Source of the DNA: Chara braunii
Lineage: Eukaryota; Plantae; Charophyceae
Assembly (NCBI GenBank): GCA_003427395.1
Contig: BFEA01000011.1
Coordinates: forward strand, 5,215,556-5,279,555
DNA: 64,000 nt
Reading direction: 5' to 3'
Of the stretch, positions 63,601 to 64,000 are shown piece after piece (position 1 is the stretch's first letter; each line of letters opens with the position of its first letter). A program made the position numbers and the translations under genes. The notes beneath the pieces are model-generated. The model was not told the origin of the DNA and did no database searches. It was given only the letters and a program-made list of their open reading frames with translations.

Positions 63601-64000
63601 AATGTCCGCCAACTATGGCAGTAAATCACCTCCATTGAAGAAGATAGCCGCCCTGGTTGAATGACGCAGCTTCACCTCATGCCACTCTCCTAGACCAAAA
63701 CCAAAAATAAGAGGAAAAGTACCCGACTGAATTCCCTGCCAAAATATTTCTGCTTCTAGACCTCAAGTATTCAAGATCGCGGGAAGGGATCTGGGTAAAC
63801 GTTTAAGTGCGAAACCAAACAAAATTCCGCTTGGAATCACTAACCAAAGTGTAGAAGATTGGGAAAAATCAATGAGTGGAAAAGGCACTCCCAGGCAACT
63901 GTCAGGTTGGAATTCTATATAGTAACCCCAAAGACTTGCCTAGAAGAATTTGAAGCACTTACTCGAGGAATTGGTCGCCGGGTCATGAAAAAGTGCTGGT

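Overview
Repeat-saturated eukaryotic nuclear DNA from a gapped draft assembly, with N-runs and one embedded Nextera junction adapter. Plastid 23S rDNA fragments, tRNA-iMet-primed chromovirus-type Ty3/gypsy elements and a flagellar radial-spoke gene suggest a green-lineage organism with flagellated cells (a Chara-like streptophyte alga; this is inference). The only host gene I can support is an armadillo-repeat RSP14/RSPH14-like gene (+ strand; exons at 24265-gap, 25306-25411, 54936-55022) with a ~29.5-kb TE-filled intron. The rest is mobile DNA: a decayed Penelope-like element with GIY-YIG N-terminal to the RT, a gag-like CCHC/coiled-coil ORF1 and a 3' type I hammerhead motif (1-5520); a TSD-bounded gypsy element with a scrambled interior (10595-18852); a second gypsy copy and several remnants; a full-length 10.6-kb L1-clade LINE with a 17-bp TSD; short retroposed 3' ends sharing a covarying RNA structure; hAT- and Tc1/mariner-type MITEs; and a Helitron RepHel pseudogene. 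Best candidates for new biology are the ORF1 + EN-RT + hammerhead PLE architecture and the conserved pseudoknot/stem-loop at L1 3' ends.
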